A stretch of DNA of 64,000 bases from Pirellula sp. Its GTDB lineage: Bacteria; Planctomycetota; Planctomycetia; Pirellulales; Pirellulaceae. A program made the translations under genes and the position numbers. The DNA is taken from positions 1,600 to 65,599 of the forward strand of contig JBKCUI010000344.1 in NCBI GenBank assembly GCA_046318495.1, written 5' to 3'. The notes below the pieces were generated by a model, which did no database searches, was not told the DNA's origin, and saw nothing but the letters and a program-made list of their open reading frames with translations. The first letter of the stretch is position 1. The number at the start of each line of letters is the position of its first letter. Shown here piece after piece: positions 1 to 10,040 of this stretch.

Positions 1-813
1 GACGTCGCTTCCATGGGCTGGGGATCGCCGGACTACACGCACCTCCTCCTCGAGTCCAAGAAGCTCGCGTACGCCGACCGCGCCCGCTACTACGCCGATA
101 CGGCGTTCGAATCGGTTCCGACCGAGCAACTGGCGAGCAAGCCCTACGCGAAAGGACAGACCGCGCGGATCGATATGCAGCGCGCCGCACTCGAAGTCGA
201 ACCGGGAGACCCCAAACTGATCCACGGGGATACCATTTACTTGTGCGTGGTCGATGGCGATCGCAACTGCTGCTCGCTCATCCAAAGCAACTTTCACGGC
301 TTTGGCAGCCAAGCCGTCCCCGGCGATCTGGGATTCGCACTGCAAAACCGAGGCAATCTCTTCGCCCTCGACGACACCCATCCCAACCGGCTCGAGCCGG
401 GCAAACGCCCCTTTCACACCATCATCCCATCGCTGGTCACCCAAGACGGAAAGCCGGTGTTCGTCTTCGGCGTCATGGGCGGGGATATGCAACCCCAAGG
501 CCAAGTCCAAGTGCTGGTCAACTGGATCGATTTCGGCATGAACATCCAAATGGCGGGCGATGCAGCCCGCGTCCGGCACGAAGGAAGCGCGACCCCAACC
601 CTCACCCCTTCCGACCCCGCCGGCGGCGTCGTCCACTACGAGTCGGGATTGCCGGCTGCCACCGTCGAAGAACTCGCGCGACGCGGCCATCAACTTCAGA
701 AAGCCCGCACGTCGATGGGGGGATATCAAGGCATCTTGATCGACTGGCAACGTGGCGTCTTGCAAGGAGCCACCGAAAGCCGCAACGACGGCCTAGCCCT
801 CGGTCTCGAGTGA
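1..813 (+). CDS. ggt: Gamma-glutamyltransferase family protein, C-terminal part (5' truncated by window edge)
   Basis: Frame open from base 1. Contains GDTIYL (Thr nucleophile), LQNRG, PGKRPFHTIIP and FGVMGGDMQPQG motifs. Confidence 0.9.
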   Translation, partial: DVASMGWGSPDYTHLLLESKKLAYADRARYYADTAFESVPTEQLASKPYAKGQTARIDMQRAALEVEPGDPKLIHGDTIYLCVVDGDRNCCSLIQSNFHGFGSQAVPGDLGFALQNRGNLFALDDTHPNRLEPGKRPFHTIIPSLVTQDGKPVFVFGVMGGDMQPQGQVQVLVNWIDFGMNIQMAGDAARVRHEGSATPTLTPSDPAGGVVHYESGLPAATVEELARRGHQLQKARTSMGGYQGILIDWQRGVLQGATESRNDGLALGLE

Positions 814-879
814 TCTGCTCGATCGAGTCAACCACGTCATCGGGCCGACCCCTTCGCAACCGAGCTTATCTCGACGCGC

Positions 880-2448
880 TCACGATTCTTGGCTCGAGCC
901 CGCGGATGCTTCCGAATCTCGAACCATTTCCATGACGGCTTGGACCATGCTCGCGTAGCTGGCATCGGGACTGGTCACAACCCGCTGGCATCCCAATGCG
1001 TGCAAGGTATCGGTGACCGCGGGAGCGATGCTGATCCACTGAAGTGCCTTGGCATCCTCGCCCAAGCATTGCACAGCATGCTTGGCAATGTTGCTGCTGG
1101 TCGCGGTCCACCACACATTCCGCGAACGGTCTTGGTTGCATTGACGCGATAGCTCCAGCACGTTCTCCGAAAAAGCCGCCGCGGCGTGCGTTGCATAGGC
1201 ATGCACCACAACCACCTCGCGAGCCACCTCGCGACAACTGCCTTCCAACAGCGTTCGGCCGTCGGGGTGGCTTATCAACGCCACGGAACGTCCAGCCACC
1301 GCATGCATCAACCGATCGCGCAAGGCCTCCGCGCCGGCTCCGTGCTCGGGCAGCAAATCGCATCCCAATCCAAATGTTCGAAGCGATTCGGCGGTGGCCT
1401 GGCCCACGGCTGCGATCGAGGTGTTGCCCAGTTGCCGCGCGTCGTAGCCCAATTGCAACAGCCGATTCATCAGCGAGCGCACGCCGGCTTGGCTGCTGAA
1501 CACGATCCAATCGATCGATCGCAACCGCGCGATCAACGCGTCCACTTCCGCCCAATCGCTGGGCGGGACGACCTCGATGGCCGGCGCTGCCAACACCTCG
1601 CCCCCCTGTGATCGAATGCATGCTTCAAGTTTGATGGCTTGTTCGGACGGGCTGGTCACCACCCATGTCTGGCCAAAGAGGGGCTGAGAAGTGAACCAAT
1701 TGCGAAGCGAGGCAGCCCGCACCACGTCTCCCACGATGCCGATGGCAGGCGATCGAAACTCGGGATGCTTCGAGAGGGTTTCGGCGACGTTGGCGAGATC
1801 GCATCGCAAGACTTGTTGATCGGACCAACTGCATCGCCGAATCAAAGCCACCGGCGTAGCGGGAGATTTCCCATGCGCGATCAATTGTTGGCTCCACACC
1901 GGCGCATTGCGCAGCCCCATGTAAAAGATCAACGTTCCAGGAAAGCAGGCCAGGGCAGACCAATCAAGCGGTTCTTCTGCATCGTCGTGGCCATCCGAGG
2001 ATTGCAACTGCGCGGTAATGAGGGCCACCGAGGAACTCCAATCGCGGTGCGTGATCGGGATGCCGGTGTAGGCGCTAGCCGCCAACGCTACGGTCAACCC
2101 TGGCACAATCCGATAGGGGATGCCTTCGGCTTCGAGCCGCTCGATCTCTTCGGTGGTCCGCGCGAAGACCGATGTGTCGCCCCCTTTGAGCCGGACGACT
2201 TGCCGATGCTCCCGCGCGTGCTGAACGATCAAATCGTCGATTTGCGCTTGGCTCCAGTGGCCGCCGTGCCCGCGTTTGCCAACGCATTGCAGAACGCAAT
2301 GCGGCGGAGCCCACTGCAGGATGGCTTCGTTGCACAAACCATCGTAGAGAATCACATCTGCAGATTGGATGGCGCGCTGGGCGGCCAAGGTGACCAGCCC
2401 GAGATCCCCCGGGCCCGCGCCGACCAAATAGACCGTACCGAAACTCAT
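880..2448 (-). CDS. cobA: Uroporphyrinogen-III C-methyltransferase / uroporphyrinogen-III synthase fusion (CobA-HemD)
   Basis: N-terminal VYLVGAGPGD and VVRLKGGD SUMT motifs. C-terminal HemD-like domain (WIVFSSQAGV, AAVGQATA). Confidence 0.92.
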   Translation of the reverse strand: MSFGTVYLVGAGPGDLGLVTLAAQRAIQSADVILYDGLCNEAILQWAPPHCVLQCVGKRGHGGHWSQAQIDDLIVQHAREHRQVVRLKGGDTSVFARTTEEIERLEAEGIPYRIVPGLTVALAASAYTGIPITHRDWSSSVALITAQLQSSDGHDDAEEPLDWSALACFPGTLIFYMGLRNAPVWSQQLIAHGKSPATPVALIRRCSWSDQQVLRCDLANVAETLSKHPEFRSPAIGIVGDVVRAASLRNWFTSQPLFGQTWVVTSPSEQAIKLEACIRSQGGEVLAAPAIEVVPPSDWAEVDALIARLRSIDWIVFSSQAGVRSLMNRLLQLGYDARQLGNTSIAAVGQATAESLRTFGLGCDLLPEHGAGAEALRDRLMHAVAGRSVALISHPDGRTLLEGSCREVAREVVVVHAYATHAAAAFSENVLELSRQCNQDRSRNVWWTATSSNIAKHAVQCLGEDAKALQWISIAPAVTDTLHALGCQRVVTSPDASYASMVQAVMEMVRDSEASAGSSQES

Positions 2449-2452
2449 AGAA

Positions 2453-5400
2453 TCATGGCCTCGATTTCAGATTCTCGCGGGACTCGCTCGGCTCGCGGGG
2501 CCGCCAAAAACGTTCGCGCGACATCTCGCGCGTCAACGTCGCCCGGTGCATGCGTTCGATCTTGGCCGCCGTCTCCGCGTCGTCCATGCCGGGTGGATAC
2601 TGGCTCATGCTCGAAAAGGGCAGTGGCAAACTGCTTTGCCCTTCGAGCGTATTGAGCGCCGCATCCTTGTCCCACCCCACGTTGTGCATCACCCAATCCC
2701 GCACCCATCCTTCCGGCAACGGGTGTGAGGGCATCCCGAATCGCAATGCCACTTCATCTCCTGGAGCGAGCACGACCAAGGCATCGTCATCGAACTGCAA
2801 GAGCGATAGCGTGTCTCCGTAGCGCGTAAAGCGCCCGCCGAGCGGCGGCCAGCGCGTAGCTGTTGAAACATCCTCATAGTCGTACCAGTGGGGTTGATGC
2901 CGTTCTCGCGGCAAAGCGCGGCTGAATCCGCGATAACTCAACTGACTGGATTGCAAAGGCAGCCAACTGGCTCGCAATCCTTCGGCCTCCATCGCATTAG
3001 CCCCACGTTTCGAAGTGGGGATGTCCATCGACTCGCCGTATCCGATCCGCGCACGATCCCAATAGATGCAGCTAGAGTGCTGGATGCGAATGCGATGGTC
3101 TGCCGTGCGAAACACGCCATCGAGCGGGATCACGATCGTTTTTGGTTTGCCTCCTGGAAAACCGGTGAACGGGATCGCAACCTCGAACGCGCCATCGCTC
3201 CCCACCGTCAAGAGCTTCGGTGGTGCTGGGGGGGACAGATCGGGATTCTGATCGATGCCGATGTTCAAGGACGTGTCGGTGGGATGGATCCAGCCATGCA
3301 AGATCAACTGGGCGGGCCGTGTGGAATCGATGGCACCGAAATCGAACTCCAGCCAGGCGTCTTCGACCAGTCCTTGCTTGTAGAACCGCTCGAATGGGAT
3401 CGCATACTGACCATCTTCCTGTTGCAGCGCCGCAGTCCAATCTCGGCCTTTCGAGTCGATCACCGATTTGGCCGGGAACGATTCTCGGAATTGCCACAGC
3501 TTCGGTTCCGCGATGCTGGCCGGACCGACCTTTTCATTCGACAAGATCTCCACCTCAGCCGGGTGATCGATCGCCAACAGTGCGACGTGGTCGAAGTAAG
3601 CCGTCTCCCAAAGCTCCTCGGTAATCCGGATCTCATACGCGTTTTGCAATGGCTGCATGAATTGCCGGGGTAGCATCAAATACTCCCAACGGCGATCCGG
3701 CAGCACGCGCCCCTTAGCGACTTGCAAACCGAGCGGTGCATTCCACAGCAAGTCCGTGATCATCTGCCAAGATTGACCATCCCAACCGTACGCAAACGGA
3801 CACGATCCGATGAGGACTTGTTCCTCTTCGAGGATTGAATCGCTTTTGGGATCGATGATCCCTTGCGTGAGACCGTTGACAAAGATGGTGCGGAGCGAAT
3901 AGGCCGCATCGGCGCCGAGCCCGAAATGCACCGAGTCGTCCTCGATGACGCGGGCTTGATATCCGAATGGACCGTAGAGCTCGACCGTCGCGCCGACGCA
4001 ATACTGATTGTTGCGTCCTCCGCCATTGGCGTCGCTGATCCCTTTGACCCGATACCTCAAGCTATGATGATCGGGCTTGGGTTGCGTGGTCACCAAGAAA
4101 AGATGCCCTCGGTATGTGTAAGCCACATCGAGCCACCCATCGTTGCCGACATCCCCGACCGAGAGCACTTGCCATAATGGGTGGGGGTCGGTCGAATCGA
4201 TGGCGGCCGATTCCGTCTGAGGAATCGATTCGGGCGTGATGATGGGCACCGAAGCGAACATCAACCCGCGACGATTGATCCATGCAGTGAGACCCAGCTC
4301 GGTGCCGCTGAAGAAATCCAAAATCGCATCGTTGTTCCAATCCGCAGCCGCGACATACGCATGGTGATCGATCAAGGAGAACGAGACCGGGGCTGCAACG
4401 CTTTTTCCAAACTGCGTGATCGTCGAGACCAACTGCAGACCGGTCCCCGTCTGCGTGGCGCTGCCGGTATCCGACGACGGCACTTTGCCTGCCAGAACAT
4501 CCCACGAGTAGTTGTTGTTGAAGTCCCCCACAGCGAGCGAGCCGGCGCTGCCGAGCGTTGTCCAAGCATCGCTCAGCTCGCGATAGCGAAACTGTCCGTG
4601 CTGGATGTTCTCCATGACACCGAAGCCTTGCGAATGGGCGAGCAAGATATCCAACTCGACGTCGCGGTCATAATCGACGACGGCGATGGCGGTGACCCGC
4701 ACGGTTTCGGGAGGAAGGGTGCTGACGCTATCGACATCGCGGAATTGACGATTCCCCATGTTCTCGCGCAATCGCAATCGACCTTGGCTGATCACGGCCA
4801 AATCGAGGTCGCCATCGGACTCCCAATCGATCGGCATCATGGAACGCACCGACTTCAGATCGTTCAACCCGACATCCTCGGCAACGATGTTCCAATGCGG
4901 TGTTGCTTCCACGGGCGGTTCAAAACTGACCAGCGCGATCCCGTCGTTTCCATAAAGCAAAAGATCCCGTAGGGTTTCATGCCGTACCGCGGTAGCTAGT
5001 TGGGCCTCGCGGTCGGCTTGCCCGGCAATGGGTCGGGCCAACGTACCTCGGTGGGCTGCGACGGCAAACAAGTCGGCCGCCAAAACCCCTTCGATCGAAG
5101 CGGGCAAGGGGAGGGCGGCAAGCTCTTTCCAGCCTTGCGCGGCATCGACTTCGCCGAGCAGCAGTTTCTTGTCGGTCCAAACGAGCAACTCGGGCCGCGT
5201 GTCGACGTTCCAGTCCAAGAACCTCACGCCGCGGACATCGGTCGGAGATAGTTCCTTGGCGGTGAACTCCGGCATGTCGAGATCCGGCACATCCGAATCG
5301 GCGTCTTGCAGCATCCGCTTGATGTCGCTCATGTCCAGAAAGGCGAGTTCGCTAATGTCGATGCTTTTCGCGTCGACCAAACTCCCTTCGGTGGATTTGG

Positions 5401-6295
5401 CTTCCCCGACCCATCCGATCAACAACCCCAACGCACCATCCAAGTCCGTCTTTGCCAATTCGGTCGCGCGCCGCAAGTCGTTCAGGTCCTTGGGGCGACG
5501 TTCCATCTTCCATTTCCATTCGAACGGCCCGAGCAGATTGGCCAGCGGTTCGACATACTCGATCGCGCTGGGGTCCTTGAGCTGCACCAATCGCTGGATG
5601 AGCAAACAGAGCAGGTAGATGTTTCGAGGATGGGCGGCCACCACTTCGCGGAGCGGCTTGACCGTGCGTTTCAAGATTTCCGGATCGACCGCGCTGACGG
5701 TCTCGGCCGCGTTGTTGTATTGGGTGACGAGGAAGGCGTTGGTTGGAAAGCGATCCACGTAGGTTTGAAGTTTGTCGAGCAGTTTGGATTGCTCTTCGTC
5801 GGCGATGATCGGATTGGCGGCGTTCAGGACCGCGATCCAACGCAAATCGCGCAAGACATCGAGCTGGTAGGCGATCGGATCGTCCGGATTCGCTTTGCGA
5901 TAGGCTTCGATCACGGCCGCCGCGCGATCGAAGAGCTCAGGCAGAGAACGCCGAATCTTCTCCACATCGTTCTTGGGATCCTGCATCAAGTCCATTTGAT
6001 ACTTGACGTCAGCCAGCATCGCGATGGCCGTATTGCGAAGGTAGGCCGGTTCGGTCGGCACCATCCTTCGCAGTTCCGCGTAGAGTTCGGCCGATTGATC
6101 GTATTGGATGTTTTCCAAGTACGAAGCGGCGCGAACCGACTTTTCAAACTGCTCGCCGAGCGCGCGAACGCGGGTTTCCTCTTCGTTCTTCTGGGAGAAT
6201 CGCCAATAGCCGATGCCGCCAGCGATCGCGAGGAGCGCGACGAGTACCCCCAATAGCCAGGGTTGTTTCGATTGAGTTCTTTCCATCGCCTTCAT
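2453..6295 (-). CDS. Large membrane-anchored CRTAC1-like protein (helical/TPR-like region, FG-GAP repeats, ASPIC/UnbV domain, C-terminal extension)
   Basis: N-terminal TM segment, repeated D-x-D-x-D-G-x-x-D motifs, NNQYCVGATVE ASPIC-like segment and GSCPF motif. The ORF could start as far up as 6385. Confidence 0.8.
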   Translation of the reverse strand: MKAMERTQSKQPWLLGVLVALLAIAGGIGYWRFSQKNEEETRVRALGEQFEKSVRAASYLENIQYDQSAELYAELRRMVPTEPAYLRNTAIAMLADVKYQMDLMQDPKNDVEKIRRSLPELFDRAAAVIEAYRKANPDDPIAYQLDVLRDLRWIAVLNAANPIIADEEQSKLLDKLQTYVDRFPTNAFLVTQYNNAAETVSAVDPEILKRTVKPLREVVAAHPRNIYLLCLLIQRLVQLKDPSAIEYVEPLANLLGPFEWKWKMERRPKDLNDLRRATELAKTDLDGALGLLIGWVGEAKSTEGSLVDAKSIDISELAFLDMSDIKRMLQDADSDVPDLDMPEFTAKELSPTDVRGVRFLDWNVDTRPELLVWTDKKLLLGEVDAAQGWKELAALPLPASIEGVLAADLFAVAAHRGTLARPIAGQADREAQLATAVRHETLRDLLLYGNDGIALVSFEPPVEATPHWNIVAEDVGLNDLKSVRSMMPIDWESDGDLDLAVISQGRLRLRENMGNRQFRDVDSVSTLPPETVRVTAIAVVDYDRDVELDILLAHSQGFGVMENIQHGQFRYRELSDAWTTLGSAGSLAVGDFNNNYSWDVLAGKVPSSDTGSATQTGTGLQLVSTITQFGKSVAAPVSFSLIDHHAYVAAADWNNDAILDFFSGTELGLTAWINRRGLMFASVPIITPESIPQTESAAIDSTDPHPLWQVLSVGDVGNDGWLDVAYTYRGHLFLVTTQPKPDHHSLRYRVKGISDANGGGRNNQYCVGATVELYGPFGYQARVIEDDSVHFGLGADAAYSLRTIFVNGLTQGIIDPKSDSILEEEQVLIGSCPFAYGWDGQSWQMITDLLWNAPLGLQVAKGRVLPDRRWEYLMLPRQFMQPLQNAYEIRITEELWETAYFDHVALLAIDHPAEVEILSNEKVGPASIAEPKLWQFRESFPAKSVIDSKGRDWTAALQQEDGQYAIPFERFYKQGLVEDAWLEFDFGAIDSTRPAQLILHGWIHPTDTSLNIGIDQNPDLSPPAPPKLLTVGSDGAFEVAIPFTGFPGGKPKTIVIPLDGVFRTADHRIRIQHSSCIYWDRARIGYGESMDIPTSKRGANAMEAEGLRASWLPLQSSQLSYRGFSRALPRERHQPHWYDYEDVSTATRWPPLGGRFTRYGDTLSLLQFDDDALVVLAPGDEVALRFGMPSHPLPEGWVRDWVMHNVGWDKDAALNTLEGQSSLPLPFSSMSQYPPGMDDAETAAKIERMHRATLTREMSRERFWRPREPSESRENLKSRP

Positions 6296-6458
6296 TCCGT
6301 CGTCGGCAGGATTGGGCACGGAAACCGTCGCTGCCTCAAGATGCATCGAAACGGCCGCGCGCGGGTCCGCATCGATTGTACCCACTCATCGCATCATTGC
6401 GGCGGGCGATGCGGTCCGGCAAGCCGCTCGGTGGCGTTCGCCCTACGGGAAACCGCCC

Positions 6459-7160
6459 TTAAGAAGCCATCGCCCTATGGGGTGAGCTCGCTACCGCCAC
6501 CACTTTGGTTGGCTGCAGCACGATTTCAATCTCTGGTAGGGTCAAATGCAAATCGCGCTGTTCGGATTCTGGAACCGCACCGCATGCGAGGAGGGTCTTG
6601 AGATGTTCCAAATGGACCAGTTCATGCCATACCTGGGGATCGACGCTGCAGCCTTGTACGTCCAAGACCGACACGTTCGGAAAATGGCTGAGTATCTCCA
6701 GCACATTGCGATCGACATTCGCATCGCGAACCCGGACGACCCGAACGGAATGCTTGTAACGCGTCGGCATTGCCCCCAACGGATGCAATTCCGTCGTCTC
6801 CGGCCCCGAGTCACCTTGAGTGGCCTGCGATGCATCCTCCGCTGAGAGCGGTGGCTGCGTTTTCGCCTGGATGGTCACGATCTGAGTGGGGTGCAAGCCC
6901 CAGGCGAGCAGTTCATCGTTGCGGCGCGACGTCTCAAGCGGCTTTACAGGGCGAAACTTAGCCGCCCAAACAAACAGGATGAACGTTCCATATGCAAGAA
7001 GCATCGCCACCAACGACAATTGGTGGAGCCATTCGAACGACGCATCATCCATGGCTTTCAAGCCTGAAGCCACCACCGCCAATACGGTCGTGATCGCGAC
7101 CGCGATGAGCGCGTAGGTTTGCCCCGGACGCGTGTTGACCTTCAAGATCGATTTGGTCAT
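6459..7160 (-). CDS. Hypothetical 2-TM protein with a short leucine-rich-repeat-like C-terminus
   Basis: GAGGAGG Shine-Dalgarno before the ATG at 7160. Two hydrophobic helices, then FPNVSVLDVQGC / LEHLKTLLAC LRR-like units. Confidence 0.6.
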   Translation of the reverse strand: MTKSILKVNTRPGQTYALIAVAITTVLAVVASGLKAMDDASFEWLHQLSLVAMLLAYGTFILFVWAAKFRPVKPLETSRRNDELLAWGLHPTQIVTIQAKTQPPLSAEDASQATQGDSGPETTELHPLGAMPTRYKHSVRVVRVRDANVDRNVLEILSHFPNVSVLDVQGCSVDPQVWHELVHLEHLKTLLACGAVPESEQRDLHLTLPEIEIVLQPTKVVAVASSPHRAMAS

Positions 7161-7293
7161 GTTCCTCCTCTGCATGCGAGTCCCGCGACGCCTCTGTGCC
7201 GAGGGCATCGCAACGCCTAGCAACGCGATAGGCTCAGCCCAGCGCGATCGCATCGCGCCCCACATGCCCGTCCTGCACTCCACCGAGACGCTG

Positions 7294-8394
7294 TCAAAAC
7301 GCCAAAGTCACCGGACGCAGTGGGATGCACAAGATCGGCAGCGATAGCGTCAGCCATCCCAAGATCTGTCGCGGCCACCCCAACCCGACATCATCGTTGC
7401 GGCTGGGCGGGTGCGGGATCCCCATCAAGGTCACCAGAATCAACATCACCACAAACAGTCCTTGACGATAGACGATCGCGCCAAAGAGGACATAGGCCAA
7501 GCAAGCCAGATACGTGGCCCAGCTCACCCACCGAGAGCGGTTGCCGAGCAACCCAAAGATCACGTGACCACCATCCAATTGACTGATGGGAATCATGTTC
7601 AATCCGGTGACCAGCAACCCCACCCACGCGGCCATCAGCATCGGGTTCATGTCGATGTTGGCGATGCCGCGAATCCAACCGGAGCTTTCTCCAAGCCACC
7701 CAGCAGAACCATCCAGCGCGGGGCTGAGGGGAATTTCGATGTTGGGCGCGAAGACTTGATGCAGAAACTGGATCAACAGCGGCTGGCCGAACAGATAGGA
7801 GGCTTCTCCGCCCGACCGCATCGGCATCTCCCACCACAGGCCGCACAACGCGATTGGGATGGCGAAAATGATTCCCGCCAGCGGGCCCGCGATTCCGATA
7901 TCGAAGATCTGCTTGCGATCCGCACGCTTGCCATCCATCAAGATGACTGCACCGCACGTCCCGATCGGACTGATCGGAAATGGGATGAACAGAGGTGGGG
8001 TCGAACGGATGCCGTACCAACGCATGAAGACATAGTGCCCCAACTCGTGCGAGCCGAGGATCACGGTCAGCGAGATCGAGAAGATCAAACCCGGAATCCA
8101 ATTGGCCAACACCGATCGCCGGACTTCGAACAACGAGCCCGATTGAAATGCTTTTTCCAAGATCTCCACCGGGGACCAGACCGTCAGCCCGGCCCACGTC
8201 ATCGAGACGATCGAAGCGATCAACAAGATCAACGGCAGACGCCAGCGCCTCCAAATCGAACGCGAGGCAGCTTGTGCGGTCGGTTCGATCGACTCCCGGG
8301 TCGGAGGTGGCTCCAATGAAGTCTGCAACGCCTCGAGCGTCTGCTTGGCACCTTCTGCCAAACGTGGGGCTTTCTCGGACGATTCGTGTGCCAT
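7294..8394 (-). CDS. Site-2 protease (peptidase M50) family membrane metalloprotease
   Basis: HELGH zinc motif, IGIAGPLAG and LNMIPISQLDGGH motifs, multiple TM segments. Confidence 0.92.
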   Translation of the reverse strand: MAHESSEKAPRLAEGAKQTLEALQTSLEPPPTRESIEPTAQAASRSIWRRWRLPLILLIASIVSMTWAGLTVWSPVEILEKAFQSGSLFEVRRSVLANWIPGLIFSISLTVILGSHELGHYVFMRWYGIRSTPPLFIPFPISPIGTCGAVILMDGKRADRKQIFDIGIAGPLAGIIFAIPIALCGLWWEMPMRSGGEASYLFGQPLLIQFLHQVFAPNIEIPLSPALDGSAGWLGESSGWIRGIANIDMNPMLMAAWVGLLVTGLNMIPISQLDGGHVIFGLLGNRSRWVSWATYLACLAYVLFGAIVYRQGLFVVMLILVTLMGIPHPPSRNDDVGLGWPRQILGWLTLSLPILCIPLRPVTLAF

Positions 8395-8637
8395 GAAGTT
8401 CCAACGCGGGGAAACGGACGCAGCAGCCCGTTCGGTCCGCCGGACATTGAGTGAATGAACGCGGCCATCCAAGTCCGAAAACGATGCGCTCCGACCTGGA
8501 TACGATGGGCCTCTGGATACGGTGGGCCTGTAGTGTACTCGAAAGAGGCTCGGACTCCTACGCGCATGGCGCCCGCCCCTGGGGGAGGTTCTGAAGTCGC
8601 GCACGGTGGGTTCCCCGCGTACTCGTTCCCCTATCTT

Positions 8638-8687
8638 CGAGTACGAGCACGAGTACTGCTAACGCGGAGTACGAGTACGAAAAACCA
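8638..8687. repeat. Intergenic GAGTACGA-rich repeat; a related inverted partial copy lies at about 9891-9924
   Basis: CGAGTACGAGCAC...GTACGAAAAAC here. The reverse complement of 9891-9924 reads CGAGTACGAGCAC...GTACGAAAAC. Confidence 0.55.
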
Positions 8688-8793
8688 AGGGGAATCGCGA
8701 AGCGAAATGGGATGAGACTCGAGTTGCGCAACTTCAAAAGGCGGCAGCGAGAAAAGGCAGCGGCGAGCCCCAGGATGCAACGCATCCGGATCG

Positions 8794-9102
8794 TTAAGCC
8801 GCGCGTTGCTGCAATCGCTTGACCAAGTACCTGCGCGCGACCACGGCGACATAAGTACCGAGAGAGCTCTCTCCGCGAAACCGTCTCAGCACGGCAAAAT
8901 CCTTTTCTAGCAGCGCGCCAAAGGTCTCCACGACCAAAGCATCCCGTCGCGAACCATCCTGTGGCCCCCCCAGAGACTGCGTGGTGTGCGCGACCACTTG
9001 GACGACCAAACCCAGATAGCGATCACAAAACATCCGCCACGCCAGCTCGCTGCCGGAAAAGCACTGTTCCAGCAATTCACGATCGACGTTCGAGAGGGTC
9101 AC
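8794..9102 (-). CDS. Sigma-70/ECF region-2-only protein (no region 4)
   Basis: DRELLEQC..AWRMFCDRYLGLVVQVV...LRRFRGESSLGTYVAVVARR is typical of ECF region 2. The stop codon follows directly and is followed by a GGATGC/GCATCC hairpin. Confidence 0.7.
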   Translation of the reverse strand: MTLSNVDRELLEQCFSGSELAWRMFCDRYLGLVVQVVAHTTQSLGGPQDGSRRDALVVETFGALLEKDFAVLRRFRGESSLGTYVAVVARRYLVKRLQQRAA

Positions 9103-9249
9103 AGTTGCGAACCTTGTTGGAAACCTCACCATGCCTCGACGGCGGCTGGTGCCTGGAGGAGAAGAAAAGCTGTTGAAAGCTTTGCAATTCGTCGAATTCC
9201 ACTCAATCCTAGGCAACGGATCGGCCGACAGCAAGCAGATTCACGTTGC

Positions 9250-9278
9250 TTGACACTCCCGAGAGCACCGCCTACCAT
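9250..9278 (+). promoter_or_regulatory. Sigma-70-type promoter facing the ferredoxin gene
   Basis: TTGACA (9250-9255), 17-bp spacer, TACCAT (9273-9278). Confidence 0.65.
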
Positions 9279-9536
9279 GCCCACGGCGGTCTAGGCACCA
9301 TGCCTCGGGCTGTTTTTGCACCGTTTTTATGTCTTCGCACCCGCACGTTTTGTAGCGATCGAGCCTTTGGCTAGCTTCCTAGCAGTCGGCCCGAGCGTAC
9401 GACAAATCAGAGGATGTCGAAGTCCTGTGGATCGTTCGCGGCAGGAGCCACGGTTTCCGTTGCTTCGCAATCGGTCGCTCGGTCGCCTCAGAAAATTGCA
9501 CGTTACGTTTGTAAGGGTGGAAAGGGTTTCGCAGCT

Positions 9537-9815
9537 ATGGCACACATTGTCACGCAGCCTTGTGTGGGTTGCCGTTATACGGATTGCGTCGTCGTATGCC
9601 CCGTAGAGTGCTTCTACGAAGGGGAGAAGATGCTCTACATCCATCCCGACGAGTGCATCGATTGCGAAGCCTGCGTTGCCGAGTGCCCAGTGGAAGCGAT
9701 TTTCCACGAAGACAACGTCCCTGCCGAGTGGAAGAGCTTCATCGAGCTCAACGCCGAAATGGCACCGCAGAGCAAGGTCATCACCGAAAAGAAGAAGCCG
9801 CTGGCCGATTCCTAA
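9537..9815 (+). CDS. fdxA: 7Fe (3Fe-4S/4Fe-4S) ferredoxin, FdxA type
   Basis: CVGCRYTDCVVVCPVECF and CIDCEACVAECP cluster motifs. Confidence 0.92.
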   Translation: MAHIVTQPCVGCRYTDCVVVCPVECFYEGEKMLYIHPDECIDCEACVAECPVEAIFHEDNVPAEWKSFIELNAEMAPQSKVITEKKKPLADS

Positions 9816-10040
9816 GCATCGCGCGGTCGGTTGCAACTGTCTCGATCTCGAACGCGCCTCATTGAAAGTGTAGCGTTCTCGCAGTCATTCGTTTTCGTAC
9901 TGAATGAAATGGTGCTCGTACTCGCTGCTTGCCGCGTCGAGTCCGAGCGGCGCGAACTCCATCTTGGAGCGAGGATAGCCTCGGAAACCTGAGAGCCGAA
10001 TGTCGCCGGAGTTTAGTCGGTTGAACTTTAACGCGGTCTG

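Noticed and set aside
8558-8793. Frameshifted sigma region 4 downstream of the sigma2-only ORF
   Set aside because: The alternative-frame ORFs there show no HTH-like sequence, and the region is occupied by a hairpin and a repeat.
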